The notes: a model not told the origin generated them from the letters alone. A stretch of 64,000 nt of DNA from Bythopirellula sp. (GCA_965216565.1 OZ244170.1:3392001-3456000); one strand, 5' to 3'; shown: positions 30,131-42,103, numbered from the stretch's first letter. Program-made: numbers and translations.

Positions 30131-30373
30131 GACGGACCACTGTTAGCCCTGCTGGAAATGGGGACAGGCACATGATGACGTCTACGTGTAATCACTTACA
30201 ACGCTATGTTTCGCCATCACGAGCCAGTTCCCGTTTCAGGTTTACCCGGCGCTGGAGTATTAGCCGACCGTTGAGTGTGACTTAGATTGACAATGGGCAG
30301 TGACATTGGGAATCATTGCGCACGACTATAGAATCAGATATTAGCCGCGATCCGATGGGTCGCCGGAGCGAAC

Positions 30374-31072
30374 ATGCCAAATCAAACTATCCTCACCATC
30401 GAAGACGATGCAGCCATCCGCCGCGGTGTGGTCGATGCGCTTGCATTCGCTGGGTACCAGGTGATCGAAGCGGGCGACGGAGAACAAGGTTGCCAACTGG
30501 CGCTGAGTCGCGATTTTGATCTGCTACTGCTCGACCTAGTTCTGCCAGGGATGATGGGGCTCGATATCTTGCAGCAATTCCGCAACGTGCGGCCCACCGT
30601 GCCCGTGATTATCCTTAGCGCTCGCGGCGAAGAAAACGACCGCGTCTCTGGTTTGCGGTTGGGAGCCGACGATTATGTCGTGAAGCCGTTTAGCGTGAAC
30701 GAACTGTTGGCCCGGGTCGACGCGGTATTACGTCGCTCGCCCGGCAGGCCCAGCGAGATTGCTACCATGCAACTGGCCGGGGGCGAGGTCGATTTTAATC
30801 GTTGCGAAGTGCGATTCAGCGATGGGCAATGCGAAACTCTCTCGGAGCGCGAATCGGAACTGCTGAAGTACCTGGCACGGCATGCGGGTCGTGCGGTCGC
30901 GCGGGAAGAATTGCTCAACAATGTCTGGCAAATTGATGCCCGGGGTGTGAGTACGCGAACAGTCGATATGCACATTGCCCGACTGCGAGAGAAGCTCCGC
31001 GACGAATCGATCCTAGTTACCGTGCGGGGCAAGGGTTACATGCTGGCCAACAAGATTGCAAATTTACCATGA
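30374..31072 (+). CDS. OmpR-family response regulator
   Basis: IEDD, LLDLVLPG, GADDYVVKPF, winged-helix RTVDMHIARLR..TVRGKGY. Confidence 0.95.
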   Translation: MPNQTILTIEDDAAIRRGVVDALAFAGYQVIEAGDGEQGCQLALSRDFDLLLLDLVLPGMMGLDILQQFRNVRPTVPVIILSARGEENDRVSGLRLGADDYVVKPFSVNELLARVDAVLRRSPGRPSEIATMQLAGGEVDFNRCEVRFSDGQCETLSERESELLKYLARHAGRAVAREELLNNVWQIDARGVSTRTVDMHIARLREKLRDESILVTVRGKGYMLANKIANLP

Positions 31073-32943
31073 ACCGTCCCTGGCAAACCTGGTTGGCGTT
31101 TGCACTGTGCGCGGGTTTAGCGCTTGCCGCCTTAGGATGGCTGACGCACATGGCGGTCCGCGCCGACTTGGCCCAAACCCGATCGAACCGCCTCGCACAG
31201 ATTGAACAGAACATCAGCCTGGTGCTTTGGCGGATGGATACGAAACTGGCCCCCCTCATTGCGGAGGAAGTCGCTCGGCCTGTTTCCTTCTTCAGGAGCG
31301 AGAACAACTTTGCCACGCCGGCAAATAGCCCGTTTGGCGACTTCGACGGCCCTTACGGTGATTTGTTGGAAACGTTACCGGAGAATGTGATTCTCAACTT
31401 TCGCTGTCCCAGCGAAGGGAAATGCGAATCGCCACAAGTGCCCAATTCTGGAGTCTTTGGGCGAACCGAAGAGTCTAAAGTGCGTGCGGAATCGCGGCTC
31501 GACCAACTATCCCAAGAAGTGAGTTTTTCCAAACTGGTCGAGAAACTCGAGGATTTCGCAGAGGAGGAACCTTTCTTCCGCTCCGAGAGTTCGTCTCAAG
31601 AAGTGCTGGATAACAGTTTCGTCGGCAACAAGTTAGCGGAGAAACAACTCAAATTGTCGCCCTCCAAAGGCAAGGCCAGCAGTTTTCAGCAACGGGCCCA
31701 GCGCTACGAAGACGTCACCAAACAACAGCTTCGTTCACGGGGATCAGGACGCGGTGATTACCGAGGCACGGAATCCGGAAGAGGTGGTGGTGAACTTTTT
31801 GGAGGAGAAAGCCGTGAATTTGAAAATGCTCCTGAGCAAGCGCAGCAAGACGCGTCTGCTCCAGTTTCACGTCCGACCATCGTCGAAGGTGTGAGCCGAC
31901 CCATTTGGGTAGACGACAAGCTCTTGCTGGTGCGTCGGGTGGTTGTCGATGGAAACAGCGAGGTCCAAGGGAGTTGGCTCGATTGGGACGGCATCCGCAA
32001 GGATTTGCTCGAAGAGGCAGCCGAATTGCTTCCCAATGCCAGTTTGTCGCCGGTCTACAATACCACGGAGGCCGATCCAACTCGAATGCTCGCAGGACTA
32101 CCCGCGATGATCGATTCGGGGGAAAAGCTCGTTGTGGTTGAAGTTTCCGAGCCCATGCGCTGGGCACTGTGGATCGCCTGGCTGGCGTTTTTGTTTGCAC
32201 TCCTCTCAACCGCTCTCTTGTTAGCGGGCGTGCTTGCTCTTTCCGAAAGACGGGCCGCCTTTGTCTCGTCCGTCACGCACGAATTGCGCTCACCGTTAAC
32301 AACCTTTCGCATGTATTCCGACATGCTCTCGCGCGGCATGGTCCCCGACGCCGAGCGCCGTCAGCAATATCTGGAAACTCTCCGCACCGAAGCCGAACGA
32401 CTCACCCACTTGGTGGAAAATGTACTGGCCTACGCCCGCCTGGAACGTGGTAGAAAGGTGAATCGGCAGGAAACGGTAACTGTCGAGGAGATCATCGACA
32501 GACTCCAGGAACGGTTGCACGATCGCGCAGCGCAGTCGAATTTCGAACTGAAGGTCGACATAGCCGAAGGTGTCGGCAAACGACCGCTGACAACAGAAGT
32601 GAGCGTGGTCGAACAGATCTTATTCAACCTTGTCGACAACGCCTGCAAATACGCAACTACTGCAGCAGACCGAACGCTTCACTGGGAAATCGCTGGCAAT
32701 GCGGGAAGCGTGGCATTCACCATCCGCGATCATGGCCCCGGCTTCGACGCACCCCACCGTGCCCGACGCATGCAGGCATTCAGCAAGACCTCGGAGGAAG
32801 CTGCGGTCTCGGCTCCCGGGGTTGGCCTCGGGCTGGCGCTATGCCGCAAATTGGCCAAACAACTCGGTGGCCGACTCGAAATCGCCGATTCTTGCGATGG
32901 CGTTGCCGCCACATTGTATTTGCCAACGAACACGTCCGTGTAG
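31069..32943 (+). CDS. Sensor histidine kinase
   Basis: two TM segments; HELRSPLT H-box, NLVDNACKY, DHGPG, GVGLGL; ATGA overlap with the regulator. Confidence 0.95.
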   Translation: MNRPWQTWLAFALCAGLALAALGWLTHMAVRADLAQTRSNRLAQIEQNISLVLWRMDTKLAPLIAEEVARPVSFFRSENNFATPANSPFGDFDGPYGDLLETLPENVILNFRCPSEGKCESPQVPNSGVFGRTEESKVRAESRLDQLSQEVSFSKLVEKLEDFAEEEPFFRSESSSQEVLDNSFVGNKLAEKQLKLSPSKGKASSFQQRAQRYEDVTKQQLRSRGSGRGDYRGTESGRGGGELFGGESREFENAPEQAQQDASAPVSRPTIVEGVSRPIWVDDKLLLVRRVVVDGNSEVQGSWLDWDGIRKDLLEEAAELLPNASLSPVYNTTEADPTRMLAGLPAMIDSGEKLVVVEVSEPMRWALWIAWLAFLFALLSTALLLAGVLALSERRAAFVSSVTHELRSPLTTFRMYSDMLSRGMVPDAERRQQYLETLRTEAERLTHLVENVLAYARLERGRKVNRQETVTVEEIIDRLQERLHDRAAQSNFELKVDIAEGVGKRPLTTEVSVVEQILFNLVDNACKYATTAADRTLHWEIAGNAGSVAFTIRDHGPGFDAPHRARRMQAFSKTSEEAAVSAPGVGLGLALCRKLAKQLGGRLEIADSCDGVAATLYLPTNTSV

Positions 32944-33017
32944 TCTGATCACAGGCCCGGTGGTACAATACAAGAGGTTTGCTGACTGCAATCTTTTTCT
33001 CCCACTCGAGGTTACTC

Positions 33018-33596
33018 GTGTCTTCGCAGCCCAAGACTGAACTCACTACCGAAGAGTATCTCGCCATCGAGCGCGAGGCGGAGATCAAACACGAATACTA
33101 TCGCGGCGAAATGTTCGCGATGGGTGGAGCGAGTCATCGGCACAACCTTGTCTCTGGGAACGTATTCGCCGACATTCACTCTGAGCTGAAGGAACGAGAT
33201 TGCCAGGTCTTCACCAACGATATGCGCGTGAAAGTTTGTCCAACGGGCCTCTATACTTATCCCGACGTGATTGTCACTTGCGAGCAACCGCAATTTGAAG
33301 ATAACCATTTCGATACACTGCTCAACCCGCAGGTGATTATCGAAGTCCTCTCCGATTCGACTGAGCAGTACGACCGCGGCAAAAAGTTTGAGTATTACCG
33401 CCAGTTAGCATCGCTAAAAGAATACGTGCTAGTGAGCCAAGATCATGCCCACATCGAACGTTTCTCGCACCAAGACGGAAAGTGGGTACTGAGCGAAGCG
33501 ACCGGACTCGACGCCGCATTGGAACTACCCTCGGTCGACTGCCAACTCAAGCTCGCCGATGTTTATGCAAAGGTTGAGTTTGAAAAGTCGGCTTGA
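33018..33596 (+). CDS. Uma2 family (PD-(D/E)xK-like) putative endonuclease
   Basis: KHEYYRGEMFAMGG, YPDV, IEVLSDST..YDRGKKF. Confidence 0.92.
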   Translation: MSSQPKTELTTEEYLAIEREAEIKHEYYRGEMFAMGGASHRHNLVSGNVFADIHSELKERDCQVFTNDMRVKVCPTGLYTYPDVIVTCEQPQFEDNHFDTLLNPQVIIEVLSDSTEQYDRGKKFEYYRQLASLKEYVLVSQDHAHIERFSHQDGKWVLSEATGLDAALELPSVDCQLKLADVYAKVEFEKSA

Positions 33597-33757
33597 ATCC
33601 TCTTTTGCCAAACCTCGACCGATTTCTTCGAAACCAAGCCGTCTATAGCTGCCCGCTCAAGTCGACTATGATAGAGCTAGGCGTCCGTTGGCAAGATTGG
33701 GCCTTGGCGGGCGAATAACAACCTGGAACTTGCTTTTCACTATTTTCATTTGCCTCC

Positions 33758-35323
33758 ATGCCCCGTCGATTTGGCTTCTTGGTGTTCGCGTATCTGGCCC
33801 TGGTGAGCTATGCGCTGGTGGTATGGCTACCTACGATCGTCGAGCGATACGAAAGCCTGGCAGAAAAGCATCCGAACCTGGCCTTCTCGTACCTATGTAC
33901 GGTAGGGCTTGGGGCACTTGTGCTGGTAGTTGTTTCGCTATGGATCTTGATCCGGCTGCTCAAGAATACCTGGCGAAAAATTCGACTGCGAAAACAACGC
34001 GATACTGAACCCGGTCAGATGTCTGCCCGCGATAAGACTGCAGAGATCACAGAAAATCTCCAGGCCGGTGAAAACTTCGCCCGTGACACTTCGGTTTCGG
34101 AAGAACTCCGCGAAGAAATCCGCAAGAGTCTGAAAGAACTAGAAGCCAAGCGTACCGCCTCGGAGCTAGAGATAGTCGCCTTCGGTACGATTTCTAGCGG
34201 CAAGTCGTCTCTGCTCAATGTGCTCTCGGGTCGGCAAGTGTTTAAGTCCAATGTCGTGGGCGGCACTACGAGTACGCGCAGCGAGATCCCCTGGCCTGGG
34301 TCCGATAAGGTAACGTTGGTCGACACTCCCGGTTTGGCAGAAGTCAAAGGAGAAAGCCGCGCAGCCGAGGCTGCCCTGGCAGCCAAAGATGCCGACTTGG
34401 TACTGTTGGTTGTTGATGGCCCACTCAAGGCTTACGAAGTTGATCTGGCCGAACAGCTTCTTGCGATGGAGAAACGCATTGTCGTCTGTCTCAATAAAGA
34501 AGATTGGTACGACAAAACCGAAAAAGAACAATTGGCTGGTCAAATTGCGGAGCAGTTGCCTACCATTTCCGCTGAGGACATCGTTGCCGTACGCGCCACA
34601 ACCGTCACTCGTTCTAGAATGCGGGTGGCCTCGGACGGCTCGGAAGTTGCGGAACAAATTGAAATGCAGCCCGACGTCCAGAATCTTGCCGATCGGCTAA
34701 TGCAAATCGTCCAACGCGATGGACGCGATCTGCTCTTGGCAAATTTGCTATTACAGTCGCGCGGCTTGGTCGACCAGTCGAAAGAACGGGTCCGCGCGAC
34801 TCTCGACCGGCGGGCCGAAGAGATTATCAGCCGTCACATGTGGGCAGCCGGAGGGGCGGCAGGGGTCAATCCGTTCCCACTGTTAGATCTAGCCGGCGGC
34901 AGTGCGATCACGATTAAGATGGTTATCGAGCTTGCCCATGTGTACAGACAACCGGTCGATACGGACATGGTCGTAAAGATGCTCGAGCAACTGGGTAAAA
35001 ACCTCATCGCGATGGTGGGCGCCACCGCTGCCACTCCTGCGGTCGCTGGCGCCCTGGGCACCATGCTGAAAACGGTTCCCGGCATTGGCACAATCGCCGG
35101 CGGCGTGTTGCAAGGATTAGTCCAAGCGCTCGTCACTCGCTGGATCGGCAACGTCTTTATGAAATACTTCCAGGAAGAAATGAAAACGCCGCCGGGTGGC
35201 TTGGCCGAATTGGCACGCAGCCAGTGGAACAAAGTCACCACAGCAAATTCGCTGCGGAAGCTCATCCAGCATGGCCGCGACGAGCTGATGGGAAAAAGCA
35301 ATTCGAAGGCAAACGATGACTGA
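33758..35323 (+). CDS. Membrane-anchored Era-like GTPase with DUF697-type C-terminus
   Basis: two N-terminal TM segments; GTISSGKS, DTPG, NKED; VNPFPLLDL and Gly-rich hydrophobic C-terminus. Confidence 0.88.
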   Translation: MPRRFGFLVFAYLALVSYALVVWLPTIVERYESLAEKHPNLAFSYLCTVGLGALVLVVVSLWILIRLLKNTWRKIRLRKQRDTEPGQMSARDKTAEITENLQAGENFARDTSVSEELREEIRKSLKELEAKRTASELEIVAFGTISSGKSSLLNVLSGRQVFKSNVVGGTTSTRSEIPWPGSDKVTLVDTPGLAEVKGESRAAEAALAAKDADLVLLVVDGPLKAYEVDLAEQLLAMEKRIVVCLNKEDWYDKTEKEQLAGQIAEQLPTISAEDIVAVRATTVTRSRMRVASDGSEVAEQIEMQPDVQNLADRLMQIVQRDGRDLLLANLLLQSRGLVDQSKERVRATLDRRAEEIISRHMWAAGGAAGVNPFPLLDLAGGSAITIKMVIELAHVYRQPVDTDMVVKMLEQLGKNLIAMVGATAATPAVAGALGTMLKTVPGIGTIAGGVLQGLVQALVTRWIGNVFMKYFQEEMKTPPGGLAELARSQWNKVTTANSLRKLIQHGRDELMGKSNSKANDD

Positions 35324-36701
35324 ACACGATAGGCCTTCCAATGCTGAGCCGACATCCACTGCTGGCAACGCTCAAGACGATTACCTCGCTGCCTGGGAAG
35401 CGGTCCGCGCTGCGATCGTGAAGTCCGAAGCTTGTAGTCCCGAGGAACGCGAGCACTTGCAGCGCGACATCGAAGACCTGAGCAGGATGTCTGAGAAGTT
35501 GGAAACGGGCCGCGTCGAAATCGTTGTATTTGGCGAAATCAGCACCGGCAAATCGGCCCTCATCAATGCTCTGGTCGGCGAGCAAATCAGTCAGGTCAAC
35601 GTGCAGGGGGGTTGGACCAAGGACGTTTGGCATGTGCCCTGGGAAGGCATTGGCTACTGCGTGCCCGGCTTTGCCGATTCGCAAGTCGTATTGATCGACA
35701 CGCCAGGGCTCAACGAAGTGGAAGGCGCCCAACGGGGCGAAATGGCACGAGCGGCTGCCGAAAAGGCCGACTTGGTGCTGTTCGTTACCGACTCGGACCT
35801 GAACGAAACCGAGCACGCTGCCCTCATTGAACTGGCCGCCAGCCATAAGCCCATTATTTTGGTGCTGAACAAATCGGATCTCTATTCACCGAAAGAGCTG
35901 GACGAGCTACTCGGCGTGCTGCGAGGCCCCCGGCTTGGTGGAATTGTCGACAGCGAAAATATTCTCGTCACCCAGGCGGCTCCGCGGGAAATGGAATACA
36001 TCATCGAGTCGGCCGACGGCTCTACCCGCAGCGAATGGCGTCGGCCCGAACCCAAAATTGACGCGCTCCGCGAGCGAATTCTGCATGTATTGGATACCGA
36101 AGGCAAAGCGCTGCTCGCACTCAATGCCGCGATGTTTGCCTCCGACAAAAGCGACCGCATGGGGGCGTTACGCGTCCAGATGCGCGAGGCGAAGGCCGCT
36201 TCGACCATCTGGAGCTACGCTGTGATGAAGTCGCTTGCCGTCTCTCTCAACCCGGGGGCAGTGATCGACGTACTCGGTGGCACAGCCGTGGACGCCGCGA
36301 TGGTGGTCAACCTCGGTCGCATCTATGGCATCAGCATCACCACTGCCAACGCTCGGCAGCTTGTCACTTCGATCTTGAAATCAGCCGGCTGGGTGATGCT
36401 CGGCGAAGCGGCAGTCAGCTACGCGTCATCGGTGTTCAAGGGGCTCACACTCGGCTATGGCACCGTGCTCACCGCCCTGCCCCAAGGCGCAGCGGCGGGC
36501 TATGGGTCGTATATCGTCGGTCAGGCAGCTCGCTACTACTTCCAGCACGGCGCAAGCTGGGGCGACGAATCGCCGAAGCAAGTCGTCACGCAGATCCTGG
36601 AGAACACCGACAAAAAATCGGTGCTGGAGCGGCTCAAGATGGAGATCAAGAAAAAGATCTCGGTGAACCCTTATGCGGGAAAGGGTGAGGCCCGCGAATA
36701 G
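35316..36701 (+). CDS. Era-like GTPase with DUF697-type C-terminus (paralog)
   Basis: GEISTGKS, DTPG, NKSD; LNPGAVIDV; 8-bp overlap with the upstream paralog. Confidence 0.88.
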   Translation: MTEHDRPSNAEPTSTAGNAQDDYLAAWEAVRAAIVKSEACSPEEREHLQRDIEDLSRMSEKLETGRVEIVVFGEISTGKSALINALVGEQISQVNVQGGWTKDVWHVPWEGIGYCVPGFADSQVVLIDTPGLNEVEGAQRGEMARAAAEKADLVLFVTDSDLNETEHAALIELAASHKPIILVLNKSDLYSPKELDELLGVLRGPRLGGIVDSENILVTQAAPREMEYIIESADGSTRSEWRRPEPKIDALRERILHVLDTEGKALLALNAAMFASDKSDRMGALRVQMREAKAASTIWSYAVMKSLAVSLNPGAVIDVLGGTAVDAAMVVNLGRIYGISITTANARQLVTSILKSAGWVMLGEAAVSYASSVFKGLTLGYGTVLTALPQGAAAGYGSYIVGQAARYYFQHGASWGDESPKQVVTQILENTDKKSVLERLKMEIKKKISVNPYAGKGEARE

Positions 36702-36742
36702 CGCGGATGCTCGCGAATAGAAATTCTCGTGGCGAGAGAGTT

Positions 36743-37120
36743 ATGAAACTCTTGATGCAAATGTTGAGACGATTGCTGCGAAGCAAACTTCAATTGATCA
36801 TTCAGATCCCGTTGGCTTCCTACTTTGGGGAAGATGAGGAAATGTCGCTTCGCGATCAGCTCGCCGAGTCTCTTGAGGTTGTCTTTCAAGAAAACGATTG
36901 TGGAGTCTTTGATGGGACAGACTCGGGCATGGGGAAGACGAATCTTTTCATCTACGAAATCCCGTACCATCGATGGGAAGATGCTTTTCGTCTCTCAATG
37001 AATGAGCTCAACAGAACTCAGCTCGAAGAGAAGGTTACGATTGCCTATGGCTTCATGGACGAGGAAGAACTGAAAGTAATCTGGCCGAGCGGATTCGAAG
37101 GGGACTTTTCCGTTCTTTGA
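36743..37120 (+). CDS. Hypothetical protein
   Basis: acidic, globular-looking ORF filling the gap between co-oriented genes; flanked by period-9 repeats. Confidence 0.6.
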   Translation: MKLLMQMLRRLLRSKLQLIIQIPLASYFGEDEEMSLRDQLAESLEVVFQENDCGVFDGTDSGMGKTNLFIYEIPYHRWEDAFRLSMNELNRTQLEEKVTIAYGFMDEEELKVIWPSGFEGDFSVL

Positions 37121-37216
37121 TAGAGTATCTGCAGCCACTCCGCGTGCCTCCGCCGTTCCGCGCCCTCTGCGTTTCATCCCTTGGCATCGCCCTGCTGCCC
37201 TGCCATAGTATTTGAC

Positions 37217-38002
37217 ATGCTCACCACCATCCAAGGCAATCTCTACGACTACCCCAAGTATTACGACTTGGTATACGGCTCCGACTGGAAAGCGGAATTC
37301 GAATTTCTCGAAGACTGTTTCGAAATGCATGCCGGGCCGGTGGTGCGGCGTGTGTTCGAACCGGCTTGCGGCACGGGGCGGCTCCTCGTGAAACTCGCAG
37401 AAGCGGGATACGAAGTGGGGGGGCTCGACCTCAACCAGGCAGCGATTGAGTTCTGCAACGCTCGCCTCGAACGCCAAGGCTTTCCGCCTTCCACTTTCGT
37501 CGGCGACATGGCCGACTTTCAGCTCAAGAAAAAAGTCGATGCGGCATTCAACACCATCAACAGCTTCCGCCACCTACAAACCGAGGCCGAGGCCCAGGCC
37601 CATTTGGAGTGTATGGCGGCTGTGCTCAAGCCGGGCGGCATCTACGTGTTGGGCATCCATCTGACGCCAACCGCGGTCGAACCGATGCAAGAAGAGAGCT
37701 GGTCGGCCCGCCGTGGCAACCTGGCGGTGTGCTCTCGGCTGTGGGTCAACGACTGCAATCTTCGTACGCGACGCGAAACCGTGGGGATGAGTTTCGACGT
37801 CTATACGCCCACTAAACAATACCGAATCGAGGATCAGGTCACTTTCCGCACCTATACGGCCGAGCAAATGGACGGTTTACTGAAGGGTATTACCGATTTT
37901 GAGGTAACTGCAGTCTACGATTTCAGTTACGACGTTGGTCGACCCGTTGAAATCGGCCCCGAAACCGAGGATGTGGTCTATGTTCTTAGGAAGCTGCCTT
38001 AG
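37217..38002 (+). CDS. Class I SAM-dependent methyltransferase
   Basis: EPACGTGR, GLDLN, GDM, LKPGGIYVL. Confidence 0.9.
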   Translation: MLTTIQGNLYDYPKYYDLVYGSDWKAEFEFLEDCFEMHAGPVVRRVFEPACGTGRLLVKLAEAGYEVGGLDLNQAAIEFCNARLERQGFPPSTFVGDMADFQLKKKVDAAFNTINSFRHLQTEAEAQAHLECMAAVLKPGGIYVLGIHLTPTAVEPMQEESWSARRGNLAVCSRLWVNDCNLRTRRETVGMSFDVYTPTKQYRIEDQVTFRTYTAEQMDGLLKGITDFEVTAVYDFSYDVGRPVEIGPETEDVVYVLRKLP

Positions 38003-38130
38003 ATAGGTCTTCGCAAGAAGCTTTGTCCAGGGGAGAATTGAAGTCGCGCCAGTTGGTGGCGGATTTCTGCACGGCCCAGGCCGTTATCCTAGAAAACATA
38101 GAAATGTCTTGCTTCGGCAAGTGAATACTG

Positions 38131-39462
38131 GTGAGCGCAACTTCCTCTACATCCGCTGATCTCCTGGTTCCTAGGTCGGAGCATCAAGATAGCCTGGTCG
38201 ACTTCGTGCGCTGGGGGCTCGCTCAATTGAAGCTCTCCTGGGAAGAAACTGCAGATCGTGCGACCGTAGTTCTCGACGAATCGGACCGCAAATTTTTTGA
38301 CGGCAAAGAGCGAATCACGCTGGCCCTCAACCCAGGTGCCGAAACGGCCACGTCCGAGCCAATTGCACTCGACGGACGATTCGCAAGTTGGCTGTTGAAT
38401 AAACTCCGCGATTTGAAACCCGCTGTTAGCCTTTGCCCATTCGATCAACCCACGTCAGTCAACGACGTTGTGGCCCGACTGTTTGAAGCCTACCAAGTGG
38501 ACGGTGGACAGGTTCATCTTGGTGGCTGTCAGTTGGATGATCTGCCATTCTTGCGACTTACTTATGCCAATACTGACGAATCAGGCAATCCTTGCGTCTG
38601 CCATATTTTCGTGGCTCACGATGGAACCTCGGTATCATCCGAGCAGGCTGAGGAACTAGGCCTCCTGCAAGTTGAGCCTGTCCTCCACTTGCCCCCTCGC
38701 ATAGATGAAGCAGCCTTAGGCGCCTTGCTTTCGGCCGGAGAGCGGATTGCTGTCCAAAGCTGCAGTGACAGGGATCCTAGCGCCCGCGTCACCGATCCAC
38801 TGGTGACCGCGCTGGTTTGGATTAAACATGCCAGTGGCAAGCTTCAGTTTACGATTGACGAAACGACTGTTGAGCTGCCTTTTTCAGGCTGGGCAAAGCT
38901 GATTCAAGCTCCGCCCTATGTCTCGAGCCGCTCGGGCGCGAGTAGCTTCCATCTGGCCGCGACCGATGAGGGCCATATCGATGCGCTGAGTGAAATCACG
39001 CAGTGCGAGTACTCGGGCAGAAAGGTTTTGAGACAGGACCTCGTCGAGTGCTCAGTCACCGGCAAGCGTGTACTGGAAGAATTCACGCGACGTTGCCCTG
39101 TGAGCGGTCGACCAGCTTTAGAGGAAAATTTCCGAGCTTGTAGCAGTTGTGGCGAAGAGGTAAGTCAAAGTGCACTCGACGTAGGCGTATGTGCCGGTTG
39201 TCGGGGCGTTGTTCCCACGGCCAAGAACGATCCGCGACTGGTATGGATCCTTAGTGAACACAAGGGTCTGGAGAGCTGGGGACGGTGGAAGATCGCCGAA
39301 ACGGAAAATGTCTATATCGCTGTCGGTAGCAAGATGCTCCGCCGCCTGTTGGTGGTCGTTGACAAAGAATCGCTCTCAGTCCGTCACTTGGCTACCCGGG
39401 GACGCATCGGCTCCCGCTGGACACCTGTTGCCCCAGCTGAATTTGGCCAAATTCTCGCGTAG
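38131..39462 (+). CDS. Hypothetical protein with repeated Cys motifs (putative Zn ribbons)
   Basis: CEYSG, CSVTG, CPVSG, CSSCG, CAGC at regular spacing. Confidence 0.8.
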   Translation: MSATSSTSADLLVPRSEHQDSLVDFVRWGLAQLKLSWEETADRATVVLDESDRKFFDGKERITLALNPGAETATSEPIALDGRFASWLLNKLRDLKPAVSLCPFDQPTSVNDVVARLFEAYQVDGGQVHLGGCQLDDLPFLRLTYANTDESGNPCVCHIFVAHDGTSVSSEQAEELGLLQVEPVLHLPPRIDEAALGALLSAGERIAVQSCSDRDPSARVTDPLVTALVWIKHASGKLQFTIDETTVELPFSGWAKLIQAPPYVSSRSGASSFHLAATDEGHIDALSEITQCEYSGRKVLRQDLVECSVTGKRVLEEFTRRCPVSGRPALEENFRACSSCGEEVSQSALDVGVCAGCRGVVPTAKNDPRLVWILSEHKGLESWGRWKIAETENVYIAVGSKMLRRLLVVVDKESLSVRHLATRGRIGSRWTPVAPAEFGQILA

Positions 39463-40537
39463 GCTAGCAATTTGACTACCTATTTGCTGGCCCTCTATTC
39501 CGGTCTGCACGTAACTCCTAGTTGTTACTTGGGATACACACAATCCCCATAGATTGCCTAGACGTTGATTCGTGCGATTGTCAAGCCTTCTGGGCCTGAA
39601 ATCAAGCATTTTCTAGCCTTTGCATCTGGACCGGCCATTTTGTCCAGGTAAAATTAAGAGGCTGTAGTTGGCTAGATTCTCCCCCCTCTCAAATACTGTA
39701 TCCCGTCAGATTCAAGCAACCCACACGCGGCACAACTTCGCTCCCCATCGACCTTTCCATTTCTTGGAGTACTTCGGGAAGGTTAAGACGAAGTGGCCCT
39801 CGCCTTACGGCACCTATTGCTGACGCACAGTAAAGTCTGGGATCCGAGAATTTTTGTCTGGGCAGGTGCGTGTGGATCTCTCCTGTCCTGGTTCGGATTT
39901 ATTCCAAATTCAGAGGATTTGTTGCTCCGTTTAGTTATTCGCTGCGTACCCACGTAGAACGTGTTCGCAGGATCCAAAACGAAGCTTTATGCAGATTGCC
40001 ATCGAACGTTTGGGCAGAAAGTTGGTTCGAGTCAGCGGCGTGCGCGCCCGACTCCCGTTTCGTCCAGCCAGTCGCTTGATGGTTGTGTGCCTTAGTAAAG
40101 AGAAAACATCCCATGTTGTTTTCTGCGTAAGTGTAATCTTCTACCAAATCTAAGTGTTGTTAAACCAACCGCAGACTTGGTGTTAGAGTTAGTTGTCTTT
40201 GTACTTATTTTAAGTGAGGGGCCTAATAAATTAGAGGGGATGTAACTGCTCTTCCTGCGGTTCCAATGGATCAACCGCCAGGCCGCTTTTATCGTCTACG
40301 AATACTCCCTGCTGGCAAAACCTGACTTACCCATTCAGCTTATTGCCCAGTACGACTCAATAGTCATTTGCGATAAAAGAAACCGGTGCCTCAAGGGCCC
40401 GTTATTTACCCCACTTAATGAATAGAAGCCAGCTTTAAGAAATAGAGGGTCGAAGAAAAAATGTGGCAGCCCCAATGATGGGCGCCGCCGGGCAAATTCA
40501 GATTTGGACATACTATTGAAACTGAGGAGTGTTGACT

Positions 40538-42103
<1,566 letters not shown>

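Noticed and set aside
40021..40040. GGTTCGAGTC, resembling a tRNA T-loop
   Set aside because: The T-stem does not pair properly and no cloverleaf can be built.
39463..40537. Replication origin in the long AT-rich spacer
   Set aside because: No TTATCCACA-type DnaA boxes seen and no dnaA/dnaN nearby; cannot be fully excluded without GC skew.
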